DNA of 64,000 nucleotides from the human T2T-CHM13v2.0 reference genome, Homo sapiens: NCBI RefSeq assembly GCF_009914755.1, contig NC_060928.1. One strand, 5' to 3'. Shown here piece after piece: positions 39,712-52,246 of the stretch. A program made the position numbers and the translations under genes. Within the stretch, counting starts at the first letter, position 1; each line of letters starts with the position of its first letter. Below the pieces are notes generated by a model that was not told where the DNA came from, did not search any database, and was given only the letters and a program-made list of their open reading frames with translations.

Positions 39712-40938
39712 ATAGCATATTCCAACATTTTGGACATAAAAAATATACAGTAATAGAAGGAAAGGAAATCCCCTACAAATTCCCTCCCTTGATTTTGCTA
39801 AAGAATTGGATCAGATTCAGTATTCTGGAACCCAGTATTTTGGAACCGAGAAAAGGAAAAGAAATTTAAGGACAAAAGCCCCTGCACACATTTCCCCTGT
39901 CTTCACCCAGGTGGCCAGCTAGCACCACTGTGATAATGGCCCTCATAGGGAGTTTGTGGACTTCCCCCCAAGGGAGTGCATTCATAAACGGAACTCAGCA
40001 GGCAGCGTTTTTTTTAACAGCCTGGCTATCCGGAATTCATGTGGAAATCAATGAGAGGCAAGTACATCTTAGCACATCTTAATGGCATGCAATCTCACTC
40101 AAAAGCCTAAATGAGCAAAGAGACAATTTAATTTCCAGGGTAAAAGATGAGGCTAAGGTGGAACATGCAGGACAAACTCCAGAGGTGCCCTAAGACTGAG
40201 CAGGACTAAATGGGAGATCTATTGTTTTCAAGCAGTCACAAAAAAACACAGAAGAGGGAAAATCATTAGCGAGACCCGCCAGTGACCCCATCTGATGCCT
40301 GAGTGCCTGCCAGAGGCTGAATGTTAAAATTCTACTGAGAGAAAAGGAAAAGATAGAAGGTCATGGTTACATAAACCCCTTTCCTAGGAGCTTTCCTAAT
40401 ACAGATGGGGGAGGAGAGAAAGTGACATAGGGAGAAAAAAGGAGCAATACATGGGAATTGGATAATGGGAACTTGTGGGGTCCTTATCTATTGGCATGAC
40501 ACTTCAGTGAGAATGTAAAAGCCTGAGCGTCCCCTTCCCTGGAAGGAAGAAAACTAACAAGAGACATTTTAGGGTTTATGATTATGAGTCTTAGCACCTT
40601 ACTGTTATTTTTAAAATTATAAATCTAACAGTTAAAGAATATAACTCAGTTCTTTGAAAAATATCCTTTTTTCTGTAACTTTCTAGTCATTTCTTAATCT
40701 CCAGAGTCATCACTTCCTACTTTTTCACTCTTTCTTCCAAAATTTGCTACCTGTATTAGTCAGAGTTCACTACAGAAACAGAACAAATGGAGATTTATTA
40801 TGGAAATTGACTCACACAATTATGGAGGCTGAGAATCCCATAATATGCCATCTGGGGGTTGGAGGTAGAAGAGGTGGCTGCTGCTGTCATAAATCGTGAA
40901 GTCCAAAGGCCTGAGATCCAGGAGTTCTGATGTCCAAG

Positions 40939-43051
40939 TGTGGCAGGCCAGGTCTCACTAACACAGGCCTATGTAAGAGCTGTTTCAGCACTTACTGAGT
41001 GGTTAAAGAGTAAAAGCTCTTTTTTGGTTCCATATGAAATTTAGTTTTTTTGTAATTCTGTGAAGAAAGTCAATGATAGCTTGATGGGGATAGCATTGAA
41101 TCTATAAATTACTTTGGGTAGTATGGCCATTTTCACAATATTGATTCTTCCTATCCATGAGCATGGAATGATTTTTCATTTGTTTGTGTCCTCTCTTATT
41201 TCCTTGAGCAGTCATTAGTAGTTCTCCTTGAAGAGGTCCTTCACATCCCTTGTAAATTGTATTCCTAGGTATTTTATTCTCTTTGTAGCAATTGTGAATG
41301 GGAGTTCACTCATGATTTGGCTCTGTTTGTCTGTTATTGGTGTATAGAAAGCTTGTGATTTTTGCACATTGATTTTGTGTCCTGCGACTTTGCTGAAGTT
41401 GATTATCAGCTTAAGGAGATTTGGGGCTGAGATGATGGGGTTTTCTAAATATACAATAATGTCATGTGCAAACAGAGACAATTTGACTTCCTCTCTTCCT
41501 ATGTGAATACCCTTTATTTCTTTCTCTTGCCTGATTGCCTTGGCCAGAACTTCCAATACTATGTTGAATAGGAGTGGTGAGAGAGGGCATTTTTGTCTTG
41601 TGCCAGTTTTCAAAGGGAATCCTTCCAGCTTTTGCCCATTCTGTATGATATTGGCTGTGGATTTGTCATAAATAGCTCTTATGATTTTGAGATTTGTTCC
41701 ATCAATACCTAGTTTATTGAGAGTTTTTAGCATGAAGGGATGTTGAATTTTATTGGTGGCCTTTTCTGCATTTATTGAGATAATCATGTGGTTTTTGTCA
41801 TTGGTTCTGTTTATGTGATGGATTATGTTTATTGATTTGCATATGTTGAACTGGCCTTGCATCACAAGGATGAAGCCGACTTGATTGTGGTGGTTAAGCT
41901 TTTTGATGTGCTGCTGGATTTGGTTTGCCAGTATTTTATTGAGGATTTTCGCATCAATGTTCATCAGGGATACTGGCCTGAAATTTCCTTTTTTTGTTTT
42001 GTCTCTGCCAGGTTTTGGTATCAGGATGTTGCTGGCCTCATAAAATGAGTTAGGGAGGAGTCCTCTTTTTCTATTGTTTGGAATAGTTTCAGTAGGAATG
42101 GTACCAGCTCCTCTTTGTACCTCTGGTAGAATTCGGCTGTGAATCCGTCTGTTCCTGGGCTTTTCTTGGTTGGTAGACTATTAATTACTACCTCAATTTC
42201 AGAACTTGTTATTGGTCTATTCAGGGATTCTACTTCTTCCTGGTTTAGTCTTGAGAGAGTGTATGTATCCAGGAATTTATTCATTTGTTCTAGATTTTTC
42301 TAGTTTATTTGTGTAGAGGTGTTTATAGTATTCTCCAATGGTAGTTTGTATTTCTGTGGGATCAGTGGTGATATCCCCTTTATCATTTTTCATTGTGTCT
42401 CTTGAATTCTTCTCTCTTTTCTTCTTTATTAGTCTGGCTAACGGTCTATCTATTTTGATAATCTTTTCAGAAAGCCAGCTAATAGAACCAGTGGCCTTAT
42501 ACAAAGGCTGGAATGTAACAAAAGCCCACCAAGAATTTTGCCCAGGCCTTTCCTGGGCCTTGAAGGATGACAGGATAATGAAGGAATTCTTAACAGGACC
42601 TGTTTAGGATTAAACAAGTTCTATTGAGGGTTTGAATAAACTCCTCAGACCTCTACAAACAAGTTTATTGGGAGTCTGAAGGAACTCCCCAAACCTTTAT
42701 GATTTAGCAGGAGACAAGATAAGTGTAATCACCCCTGGCACCTGGACCCATTTAGATTAGGTACATTTACTGAGGCTTCAGAGGAAGGTCTTCAGGACTC
42801 AGATCTAAGTTATAGATTAGAAGAAGTTAGACTTTTGTCTTTAGATGAATGCACACTTACACGTAAACATATAGCTTAGAAGGAATGTAAGCTCTAAAAA
42901 CTTTGTAATTTTGAGTTGGCCTGGCAATATTTTCCAGGCCTTCTCCCTCTACCTGGTTACAGAAATAAACTCCCTTCTTCCCCAGTTCATCTGCTTCTCA
43001 TTATTGGGCTGCGAGAATAAGCAGCATGACCCTCGATTTGGTCTGGGAACA
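40939..43051 (+). mobile_element. ERV1-class solo LTR (PABL_A-like) in two pieces (40939-41018, 42481-43051)
   Basis: TGTGGCAGGCCAGGTCTCACTAAC start and GGTCTGGGAACA end; ~650 bp combined; perfect 4-bp TSD CAAG. The family name is from recall. Confidence 0.75.
41016..42480 (-). mobile_element. L1PA (7/8-like) internal ORF2 fragment with no tail and no 5' end
   Basis: Minus-strand ORFs 41215-41964 (RT: [28 protein letters not shown]), 42021-42284 and 42277-42504. Confidence 0.93.
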
Positions 43052-43698
43052 CAAGGGCTGGAGAAGATGGATACTACAGCTCAAGGAAGGAAAGAATTCA
43101 CACTTCTGCTGCCTTTTATTTCTATTCAGTTCCTCAACAGATTGGATGATTCTCATCTATACTGGGGAGGGTGATTTTCTTTACTAAGTCTACTGATTCA
43201 AAAGCCAATCTCTTTTGGAAACATTCTCATAGACATAGCCAAAAATAATTTCTTATCAGCTATCTGAGCATCCCTTAGCCCAGTCAAGTTAACACATAAA
43301 ACTAACCATCACACCACTTAATTTTAAAATAATATATCTTGTTTGGTATTATTTTAATTTAGCAGCTAGAGATATCATCTAATTTTCTCCTACTAAGGAA
43401 GACAAAGGTTTTGTTTGCTCGGTGTCCTCTGTGCTAATCATTGCTGTATCCTTCTCTTTGCCTGAGCTGCAAAATGTATCCCAGTAAGGTTAAACACATC
43501 AAGGACTTTATCTAATATTTTCTTGAAGATCTCTCTCATGGAGTCCTTCTTTCCTGGGTTCCCTTTGGGCAGCTGCATGCCAGGCATAATGGCCTTCTTT
43601 TCTTTTCATCACTGTCTACTTTGGGGGCTCCCTGTATTGTGGATATCATGCTTTACTGTTTATTATTTTTATCTGCCTGTATGTGCAGAGTGAGAGGA

Positions 43699-44052
43699 TG
43701 TGTTAGTCACACTGCTGATAAAGACATACCTCAGAATAGGTAAATTATAAAGAAAAAGAAGTTTAATGGACTCACAGTTCCACATGGCTGGGGAAGCCTC
43801 ACAATCATGGCAGAAGATGAAAGGCACATCTTACATGGTGGCAGACAAGAAAGAATGAGAACCAAGCAAATGGGGAAACCCCTAATAAAACCATCAGATC
43901 TTGTGAGACTTATTCACTGCCACAGGAACAGTATGTGGAAAACCATGCTCATGATTTAATTATTTCCCACTGGGTCCCTCCCACAACATTGAGAATTATG
44001 GGAGCTAGAATTTAAGATGAGATTTGGGTGGGGACACAGCCAAACCATACCA
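43699..44052 (-). mobile_element. THE1B/C-like solo LTR
   Basis: CTGCTGATAAAGACATACC...GGGACACAGCCAAACCATACCA; TSD GAGGA/GAGGC. Confidence 0.9.
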
Positions 44053-44057
44053 GAGGC

Positions 44058-44430
44058 CACGGGCAATAAATTCATTGAGCTCTTGTGTGTCTGAGAGTGT
44101 AGTCATTCCTCCCTCAGACTTGATCTACAGTTTGGTTGAGAGTATAATTCCAATTAGAATTCATTTTCCCCAGGACTGAGAAGCATTTTTATGTCGTCTT
44201 CTAACTGCCAATGTTGCTACTGAGAAGCTTGATGCTATTCTAATTCCTGCTCATACATGACCTGCTATTTTTTTCCTTGTCTAGCAGTTTTCAAAATTCT
44301 TTCTTTAATGCTAATGTTCTGCATTTTCCTGATGATAGGTCTTAGTGTGGGTCTTTTTCTTTTATTCTTCTATATGAGAAGCGGGCCCTTTTAATCTGGA
44401 AAAGTACGGCCTTCGATTAAAAGAAATTAT
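44058..44430 (-). mobile_element. Ancient L1M/HAL1-like ORF1-region fragment
   Basis: CAATGTTGCTACTGAGAAGCTTGATGCTATTCTAATTCC, typical of antisense old ORF1. Confidence 0.55.
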
Positions 44431-44469
44431 TTGTTCTCTGAAGTATTGATTGGAAAATGTGTTGAAAAA

Positions 44470-44653
44470 TCTAGATTCCACTTGCGATACTTTCATAACC
44501 TAATCTCAGCATTGAAATTCTATCTATTGGCCCTATTCAATTTGTTAGAGGCCAGCCAATAAATCTGGCTTACATTCAAGGGAAGAAGATTACACAAGCA
44601 TCTGAGTATGAGGTGGGGGGTCAACAGGCTGCCCTTAGAGACTGCTGACTACA
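44470..44653 (-). mobile_element. MLT1F-like LTR fragment
   Basis: CATTCAAGGGAAGAAGATTACACAAG...CTTAGAGACTGCTGACTACA. Confidence 0.55.
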
Positions 44654-45941
44654 TCTTACTTAAAAATAGACAAGAGTCATAGTCTCTTCACTTCATTTGC
44701 TTATCAAGAGAATAAACTGTGTTACCTGGTGGCAATATTGTGCCTCAAATCTCATGTAAAGGATTTTCCTGGGGGTCTTTTATAAGAAGAGACCCTTTGT
44801 AGGGAGAAATACTCAGTTTTTTTCTATTTCCGTTGTAATCTACAACACATTTTGGGGGGAAGCAAATAGTCAAAATATGCATGTATAAAATATGGTGAAA
44901 ATTCTGACAGTTTACATAGTTATGAAAGAGATGTTTTCTGTTATTCCCCCAGAACAACAGCTACAACTATTCTATTAGATGACCTCAGCCTACAAACAGT
45001 ATTAATAAGAAAAACCACTACTAGGAAAATTAAGGTAAAAATTAGGGTAATTAATAATAATTAATTTGGACAAAATATTCATTTGCTTCAGAATTAAGGT
45101 GCATAAGGATAAAAGATTACTTCTCCAAAATGATACAAATCAATGAGTCAAAATTTTCCTTCATTTTACCAACAGAGATGTTAATTTTAAAAGTGATTAC
45201 TCAAACTCAGTTGCAGTTACCTCATTGCTCAAAGAAAAGCCCTAAAACCCAGAAAACTAAAACTAAGGTGTTGTGTTTGAGGCTGTTTCTATAACTGCAT
45301 TACTTCCAGTGGAGAGAAAAATCAGGTAAATTATTATGTATTTAACACAATCTGGGTGGTTAATTGAGTTTTTCTCACTTTTAAATTGATTGTTGCAACT
45401 ACAGCACAACTAGCTTTCTTCTCTGAGTTTCCTATATGACCGACTAATTATTAAAAGTCCCCCAACTCTGGACACAAGACATTTTGAGACTTTGGATTTA
45501 AATGGGTAATTAAACAGATTATCTAACCACCAGTTGTGTGTTTGTGTGTGTTTTATAAATGTGCTGCACTTTATATTAGTCTTCTTACAAAAAATATTGT
45601 AAGTTGGCATTGATTATTACATGCAATATGTGAGCTATTTTCAGCTCAGCTAAAGGTGAGCAAATGTGACATTTATTTGAGTTAGAAATTGGTTGCTCAT
45701 TATGGGACACTATCCCTGTCATTGCCAATAGCCCAGTGCCCATGATCAAATTCCACTCACCAAATTTGAAAAAAATGACCATTCTTGCAAGCAGCTTTAT
45801 GGTACAAGGGATATTGATGCCACTATTAAGTTCAGCTTTTCTTATGTTCTAATGGAGTACCTCATTATTCATTGGTGTATTTTCAAACCAATGCTGAAAT
45901 ATTATTCTAAAATACAAATGAGTTAAAGATATATATGTGTC

Positions 45942-46547
45942 TTTTCTTTATCCAGTCTATCATTCACGAGCATTTGGGTTGGTTCCAAGTCTTTTGCTGT
46001 TGTGAATAGTGCTGCAATAAACATACATGTGCATGTGTCTTTATAGTAGAATAATTTATAATCCTTTGGGTATATACTCAGTAATGGAATTGCTGGGTCA
46101 AATGGTATTTCTGGTTCTAGATCCTTGAGGAATTGCCACACTGTCTTCCACAATGGTTGAACTAATTTACACTGCTACCAACAGTGTTATTGGAATACTA
46201 TGCAGCCATAAAAAAGGATGAGTTCATGTCCCTTGCAGGGACATGGATGAAGCTGGAAACCATCATTCTCAGCAAACTAACACAGGAACAGAACACCAAA
46301 CACCACATGTTCTCACTCATAAGTGGGAGTTAAACAATGAGAACATGTGGACACAGGGAGGGAAACATTACATACCAGGGCCTGTGAGAAGGTTGTGGGG
46401 GCTAGGGGAAGGATAGTATTAGGAGAAATATCTAATGTAGATGACGGGTTGATGGGTGCAGCAAACCACTATGGCACATGTATACCTATGTAACAAACCT
46501 ACACGTTCTGCACATGTATCCCAGAATTTAAAGTATAATAAAAAAAA
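45942..46547 (+). mobile_element. L1PA7-like short element with 5' inversion
   Basis: 45942-46187 is antisense ORF2 end (ORF 45923-46153, WQFLKDLEPEIPFDPAIPLL). 46191-46547 is the sense 3' end with A tail. The two breakpoints are adjacent in L1 (about 18 nt lost). Confidence 0.92.
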
Positions 46548-46594
46548 GTATGTGTGTGTGTATATATATATGTATGTATGTATATGTATATATG
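46548..46594. repeat. (TG)n(TA)n(TATG)n microsatellite
   Basis: Read directly from the sequence. Confidence 0.85.
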
Positions 46595-47221
46595 TAATTA
46601 CTTAAAAGAATAAAATTTGTATGTTTAAAAGACAGGCATTGTCCCAAGTCATATTATGTGTCTCCCACCATACAAGACACAATGAGGGAAGGAACAGTGG
46701 TAGAAATTATAAGCCAAAAATTCACCATTAAAACACAACAAACACAAGAGAATTCCATAGTAATATAAGCAATTCAATGTCTATTTCCCACATTCATATT
46801 CCTTTAGACTGTGAAACCTTGGAAAAACAATTCCTTTGCTATTCTGTGCATCACCAGTGCCTACCACAGTACCTGGAATTTAATAAGTGCTCAAAAGATA
46901 GCCAATAGATTGATAAATAACTTAATCAGTGAATTAGTAAATAAATCTTTAAATGAAAGAGATGCAAGGTACAGAGTGCTATGGGAGATAAACGGAGGAA
47001 GATAATTCTATAGGGTAGTGAGATGAAGAAACTATGTAAGAGATGGGGGTTACCCAAGCTTTGAAATATTAGAAATATTATTTTCATTGACTACAAAGAA
47101 GACAGGAATGAAATTAGCTTGGAGAAAATACCCTTCACTGTCTTGTCCAAATGGTCTTGAAGTCCTAGTCTTTCATGATTTTGTGATCTAATCAGTTCCT
47201 TTATAATAAACACAAATAATT

Positions 47222-47472
47222 GGTGTAGTATAATGGTTAAGATTATGGAATTTGGGGCCAGATGGCTTGGACTGGATTGAAATCTTGCCTTTCCATTTTC
47301 TAGCTGTTTGAGTATAACCAGCTTATTTAATTCTTCCTCAATTTTGTCATCTGTATTCTGGAAATACTAACAGAACTCACCAACAGGTTGGCGTAAGAAT
47401 TAAACGATGAAGCATATGAAAGGGCTTACAGCAGCATCTAGCAAACAGTGAGTACTGAATAGGCATTGGCCA
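47222..47472 (+). mobile_element. MIR
   Basis: GTATAATGGTTAAGATTATGG...GCCAGA...GAATTAAACGA...CAGTGAGTACTGAATA. Confidence 0.7.
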
Positions 47473-47475
47473 TTT

Positions 47476-47720
47476 TTGGCAGAGACAGCCAGCTCTCCAC
47501 CAAAATCTGGGCACCTCTTTCCATGCTACAGTGTTGTGACTACAAATGGGGTACACAGTGAAAGATCACAGTTTCCAGCCTTTCTGCATCTCAGTGTGGC
47601 CAAGTGACTATTTCTCACTTATGGAATGTGAGTGGAAGTTAGTTGGTTCCTTCCAGGACAGGGCATGAAGAAAGCAAATGCGTCTTCTCCAGGCTCTCTT
47701 TTGTTTCTTCTCCCAGATGA
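47476..47720 (+). mobile_element. MLT1J-like LTR fragment
   Basis: TTTCCAGCCTTTCTGCATCTCAGTGTGGCCAAGTGACTA...ATGGAATGTGAGTGGAAGT. Confidence 0.6.
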
Positions 47721-48227
47721 CGGGGCCCAGCCATAACAAAAATAATTAAACCATGCAATTCATTAAATAATTAAAATATTCATTACACAATAAGGCCCAG
47801 AATTATTTACCACTAATAAGAATTAGTAAAAACACTCTCTACCATATTATTAGGGAAACTTCTGAGTTTTCCTCAGGATCACCTTCCACTGGAAATGACC
47901 AATGGAATAAAGCTTAGGTGTCTCCTGGCTTTCCTTTCTTACTGAGCAAGATGGGACACAAATGTCAGTGTTTATTTGTGTGCCAGAGTAAGTCTTAAAG
48001 TCCACACAACTAGAGAAACACATTCAGTGACAGTCATGGTAAGACAACAAGAATCACAGGACTTTTTCATGAGATGGGGACTTGCTTTGAAAATATTATA
48101 ACTTTACAAAAACTTGGATTTGTTCTGACCAAAACAGGATATCCTCCAAGCATCCTCCAAGAAAGCTTATCACATAACCAAACAATAAAAAAGTCTCCTA
48201 TGGTTGGTCAGATCTTAAAGAATACAG

Positions 48228-48660
48228 ATGTATGTCAGGGCTGCCAGCATAAAGTGTCACAGACTGGGCAACTTAAACAACAGAAATTAATTTTCTCACA
48301 TTTCTAGAGGATGGAAGTCCAAAACTAAGGTGTTAGCAGAATTGTTTTCTTCTGAGGCCCTCTCCTTGGTTTGGAGATGGGTGTATTCTACCTGTGTCTT
48401 CATATGGTCATCCCTCTGCACAAGTCTGTGTTGTAACCTCCTCTTCTGATAAAGATACCAGAATCCAGATCCAATACCAGGTTATATTGGATTAGGACTC
48501 ACTGTAATGATTTTATTTGAATTTAGTTGATTCTTTAAATACCCTATCTCCAAATACAGTCAGGTTCCAAGGACAAGAGATTAGGACTTCAACAGATGAA
48601 TTTGGGAGTGGGGAGTGGGGGTTGGGAGACCTAGAAATAGGCAAATTCAAAAAATCAACA
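48228..48660 (-). mobile_element. MLT1B-like solo LTR
   Basis: CTTAAACAACAGAAATTAATTTTCTCACA...CCCTATCTCCAAATACAGTCA...TTAGGACTTCAAC. Confidence 0.8.
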
Positions 48661-50129
48661 TACTGCCTCAATCGATAATATTATCTCCAAAATTGCTGAT
48701 ATCCTTCTACTATGTTTTAGACAGTAATGTACCTAATCATCCTCCTTCAGAGTCAGCTAGGGAACTATCACTATCTCTCAATTGTGCCAGTATCTAAATT
48801 TATTTTCTAGCTAACATGTCTATTTAAAAAATGCCCTTTTAAGCCCCTTTTAGAAATTGTGAATGCAACCGATAACCTCAAAATAGTGACATTTCTTTGC
48901 CAGGGAAAACCTTTGCATAAGTATTCCTGGAACTCACAGAAGTTTCACCTGTCATACTTGACAATATTAATTTTTTTTCTGCCTTAATGAAGGAAGTTGT
49001 ACATGTCAAGAGGTTTCTTTGCTTTGTTCTGAAATCACAGACATCCTAGAGTCCTAGAAGTGTTATCTACTTCCTTCAAAGTGTGTTATTTCATCTGAGT
49101 GAGGTTTTGAATAACAGCCTCTTCAGATGGTTTTGGTTAGCAGAGGATGCAGAATACCAAGATGTCTTCTGCACAGATGTTCTCTGACTTACAAGAGAAT
49201 TAGTCTTGAGGGGCTTGCTTGAAGTTTGGGCAGAAGTTGCATGTTTTTATGAGAAAAGTAAATCATATTCTAGGACACTCTGAAGGGGTGAAGTCCATTT
49301 ATGTCTTTGCACAGTTGGCAGCTATGTGAGCACTTAAGAATGAGATAAATCATTCAATTGGAAGCCGTGTAGTCACTTTATGGGTGCTCCTGGCCAACTC
49401 TATACGTTTGGCCAGCTCACCACATTGGAAGAGATTAGAGTCAGAAATGGTTGAAAACCTCCCAGTGCTGGAGGAAGCATTTCAGTAGAATGAAGTTGGA
49501 AAATGATAAAATCAAGTTCATTTTTTTAGAAGTCTATAGGCACTTGGAAATATTATAAACTTCTGCTGAAAATTACTTCTGCTAGATGGAAAAAGTTTTC
49601 TAATTTTTTTCCTGAAAACACAGGTAACAATCAATGATGAAATGCCTAAAAAGATTTCTTCATTGAGTTGAGGACACAGGAAGTGAAATCATGAATTCAA
49701 CCCCCAAAGAATCTCAAAAATATTCAGTGTTTCAAGAGATAAATTATCCTCCTATAACAAAGAGTATAATGAGAATAAACATTTGGTTTCAGTCAGGGTT
49801 TTTGGCACTTATTCCTACAAAAATCAACATCAAAATCAAATGGATATCAAATTTGACCTGCATATTGCTACTTCAACATGCACTCTGTGTCTGAATGTCT
49901 CATTAAAATCAAACTAAATGAAACTGGTATTAGCACAATTTAGATCTCTTTCAACTATTTTTCCAAAAAGTTGGCATAACTTTTGTAAGAAAAAATGAGA
50001 GTGAAAGAATTACAATTCATAAAAAGTATTTCTAATCTTAATCACGAAATAAAATCTCAATTTATTGCTCTATAAATTTTGTTTCAGGGAGCAGAACTTG
50101 GTCCTAATCAAACTGTCAAGTACAGCCAT

Positions 50130-50902
50130 CTGGACTACAGAGTAATATGGGCCAGCGGCTGTTATGTGTCTCCCATTTCCCCGTTTTGGAGCTAGAGTGT
50201 TTACTGCATTCATCCTACCCCTGTGCAGTACAGTATAATGGATGGGTGAAGGGCAGTAAAATTGCTTCTTTAATTCACTACATTTTTTAAATTAAGAGGA
50301 ACTGTGACCAAAGAATCAAACCCAAGGAGCCTTATCTACAAGTGGACCTGATTTAGATGATGAAATCCTTGGCACAAAGCCTTAGACTCATACCCTAATC
50401 TTAGTGGACAAGACTTTGGGAAATTTAGGGGAGGGAGAGAGCATATTTTACGAGTGGGAAAATAAAACCAATTTGTGGCCAGAGGGCAGAATATAGTGGT
50501 TTTCTCAAACATGCCAAAATTTGTTGACCTTCCCATATAGAGAGGACGAATGCCTGCTTCTTTCAGGACATTCACTCTGGAGGAAGCCAGCTACTGTATA
50601 AGATGCCAAGTATCCTGAGAGTACCTATAAAGGCCAAAGGTAGGCATTCTGCAGCACAGCACAGCTGAGTCACCAGCCAATGGCCAAGAACAATCACTAG
50701 TTAGTTAGGTGAGCTATCTTGAAAGTCCAGTCTTGTTAAACATTTCAATGTCTCACATCTGACTTCAACTACATAAAAATCTCCAAGTAAAAACAGTCTT
50801 TCCCTAATTCCTGACTCACGAAATCATCCATAAAATAAAATGATTCGTTTACGCCACTTAGCTTTAAGGTAATTTTAAACAAAGTATTAGTAACTTTAAC
50901 AG
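50130..50902 (+). mobile_element. MLT1 (G/H-like) internal 3' end plus LTR (~50493-50902)
   Basis: GGACCTGATTTAGATGATGA and TTTGTGGCCAGAGGGCAGA (internal-LTR junction), then CTCTGGAGGAAGCCAGC...TTCCTGACTCACGAAATC. Confidence 0.6.
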
Positions 50903-51203
50903 CAAACCACAGAAGTGAACTCTGGCAAATTTGAAAAGAAAGATAAATTTATTGGAGCAATAAAATGTGGTTCATAGTGTCAAATGCACAGATGTTAGGG
51001 TGTGTTCTTGGATGCATGTATCAGAAACTACTCAGCAGTCTCATCTGAGTCCTTCAACTGGAGTGAATGATTACCAAAAAATAAATTTTGTTATTATGTT
51101 TGCCTCCCCCAATTCAAGTTTAAAGTCTTCAGTTGGCCAAGCTTTTGGCCATTGTCAACCATTTGGACAGGGAAAGGAACAGTATTTTGATTTGTAATCC
51201 CAA

Positions 51204-51670
51204 TGTTGCAGTTACCTATTGCCATTATAATGGTGTATACAGCAATAAGTAGTAAAAACTTACTACTGCATTACTGCTCGTGATCAGCTAGGGAGCTCTG
51301 CTAATCTTAGTTGAAATTGCTCATATATCTAGGGGTCAGATGGAGTTGGATGGTCTGTGATAACCTCAGCTTTCTGAATCGCTGCTTCATGTGTCCCTCA
51401 TCTTGCATCAGACTAGCCCAGCCATGTTCTCACAGTGAAAACAGAGGCACAAGAGAAATGGGGAAATTCCCAAGGTCTCTTGAGACTAAAACCCAGAAGT
51501 GGTACGTACCTTCACCCCTACTACATTCTTGAGGGCAAACTCACAATCAAGGGATAGGGAAAATATACTCAATTGCTTCTTTAAGTGTATCTGTTAAGTC
51601 ACAAGTTGAAGGGCATGGATACAGAAAAGAGTAAAATGCTGAGGTCATCAACACCAATTCCCACCCTCAC
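51204..51670 (-). mobile_element. Old MLT1 (H/I-like) LTR
   Basis: CAGTTACCTATTGC start; GACTAGCCCAGCCATGTTCTCA; TCAAGGGATAGGGAAAATATACTC. Confidence 0.55.
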
Positions 51671-52069
51671 CAAGGCTGCACTCACTGGGGGAAGGAACTT
51701 GTCAATGGGAATTGAAATTACCGAAGAGGAGATATAAGTTAATGTTGAGAAGCCAATTACAACTATAAAGTAAATTTACAATAACATTTTGTGCATGTGT
51801 AAGTGTATTTAGGTATTTTTTTAGTAAGAAGTATAAAGTTTTCATCACATTCTTTTCTCAGTTCTAGACTTGGAAAATTGCCTTTCTTCATGGCTCCAAT
51901 TCTGGTGGCTCCAAGTCAGAAGTCTGCGTGTGAAGACCACTGCCATGGCTGTGCTTATTGATGGAAAATAGCAGCCATGAAGGAACGCTAGCTGCAAATG
52001 AGTCTAGAAAATATATGGTTCTTCTTTTACCTTTCCAGCCTCTGGGGTAGACTAAGGTACACAACTCAC

Positions 52070-52246
52070 CATTGTTATTGTCCTGATTATATCAGGTTTT
52101 CCCAAGGGAAGCAGGGTGCGGTATAGCCTTATATGCCTGAGGGTGGAGGTTGTGGAAGCTATAAAGGCAAGGGGAAGGTACGATTTTCTAAGAGAACAGG
52201 ATGGCTTTCTACAGATCCCACATGGCAAGAAAAACATCACCACCAC
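52070..52246 (-). other. Candidate internal exon (177 nt) of an unknown minus-strand transcript
   Basis: Minus strand: CTACTCTTTTTTCTAAG|G acceptor and ATG|GTGAGT donor; phase-0 frame open throughout. Splice motifs only, no transcript evidence. Confidence 0.3.

Larger units (their letters stand above)
40752..43313 (-). mobile_element. MLT2 (ERVL) solo LTR in two pieces (40752-40938, 43052-43313)
   Basis: TGTATTAGTCAGAGTTC...GGAAATTGACTCACACAATTATGGAGGCTGAGAA; end CCCAGTCAAGTTAACACATAAAACTAACCATCACA. Confidence 0.85.

Noticed and set aside
41215-41964. 249-aa reverse-transcriptase ORF as a novel RT system
   Set aside because: It is plainly L1 ORF2, frameshifted on both sides, with the catalytic FADD changed to FAHD.
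42610-42695. Internal ~45-bp tandem duplication in the ERV1 LTR
   Set aside because: As I recall, it is part of that LTR family's consensus and not locus-specific.
49679-49688. Perfect ETS-IRF composite motif GGAAGTGAAA
   Set aside because: A single 10-mer without supporting context is plausible by chance in 64 kb.
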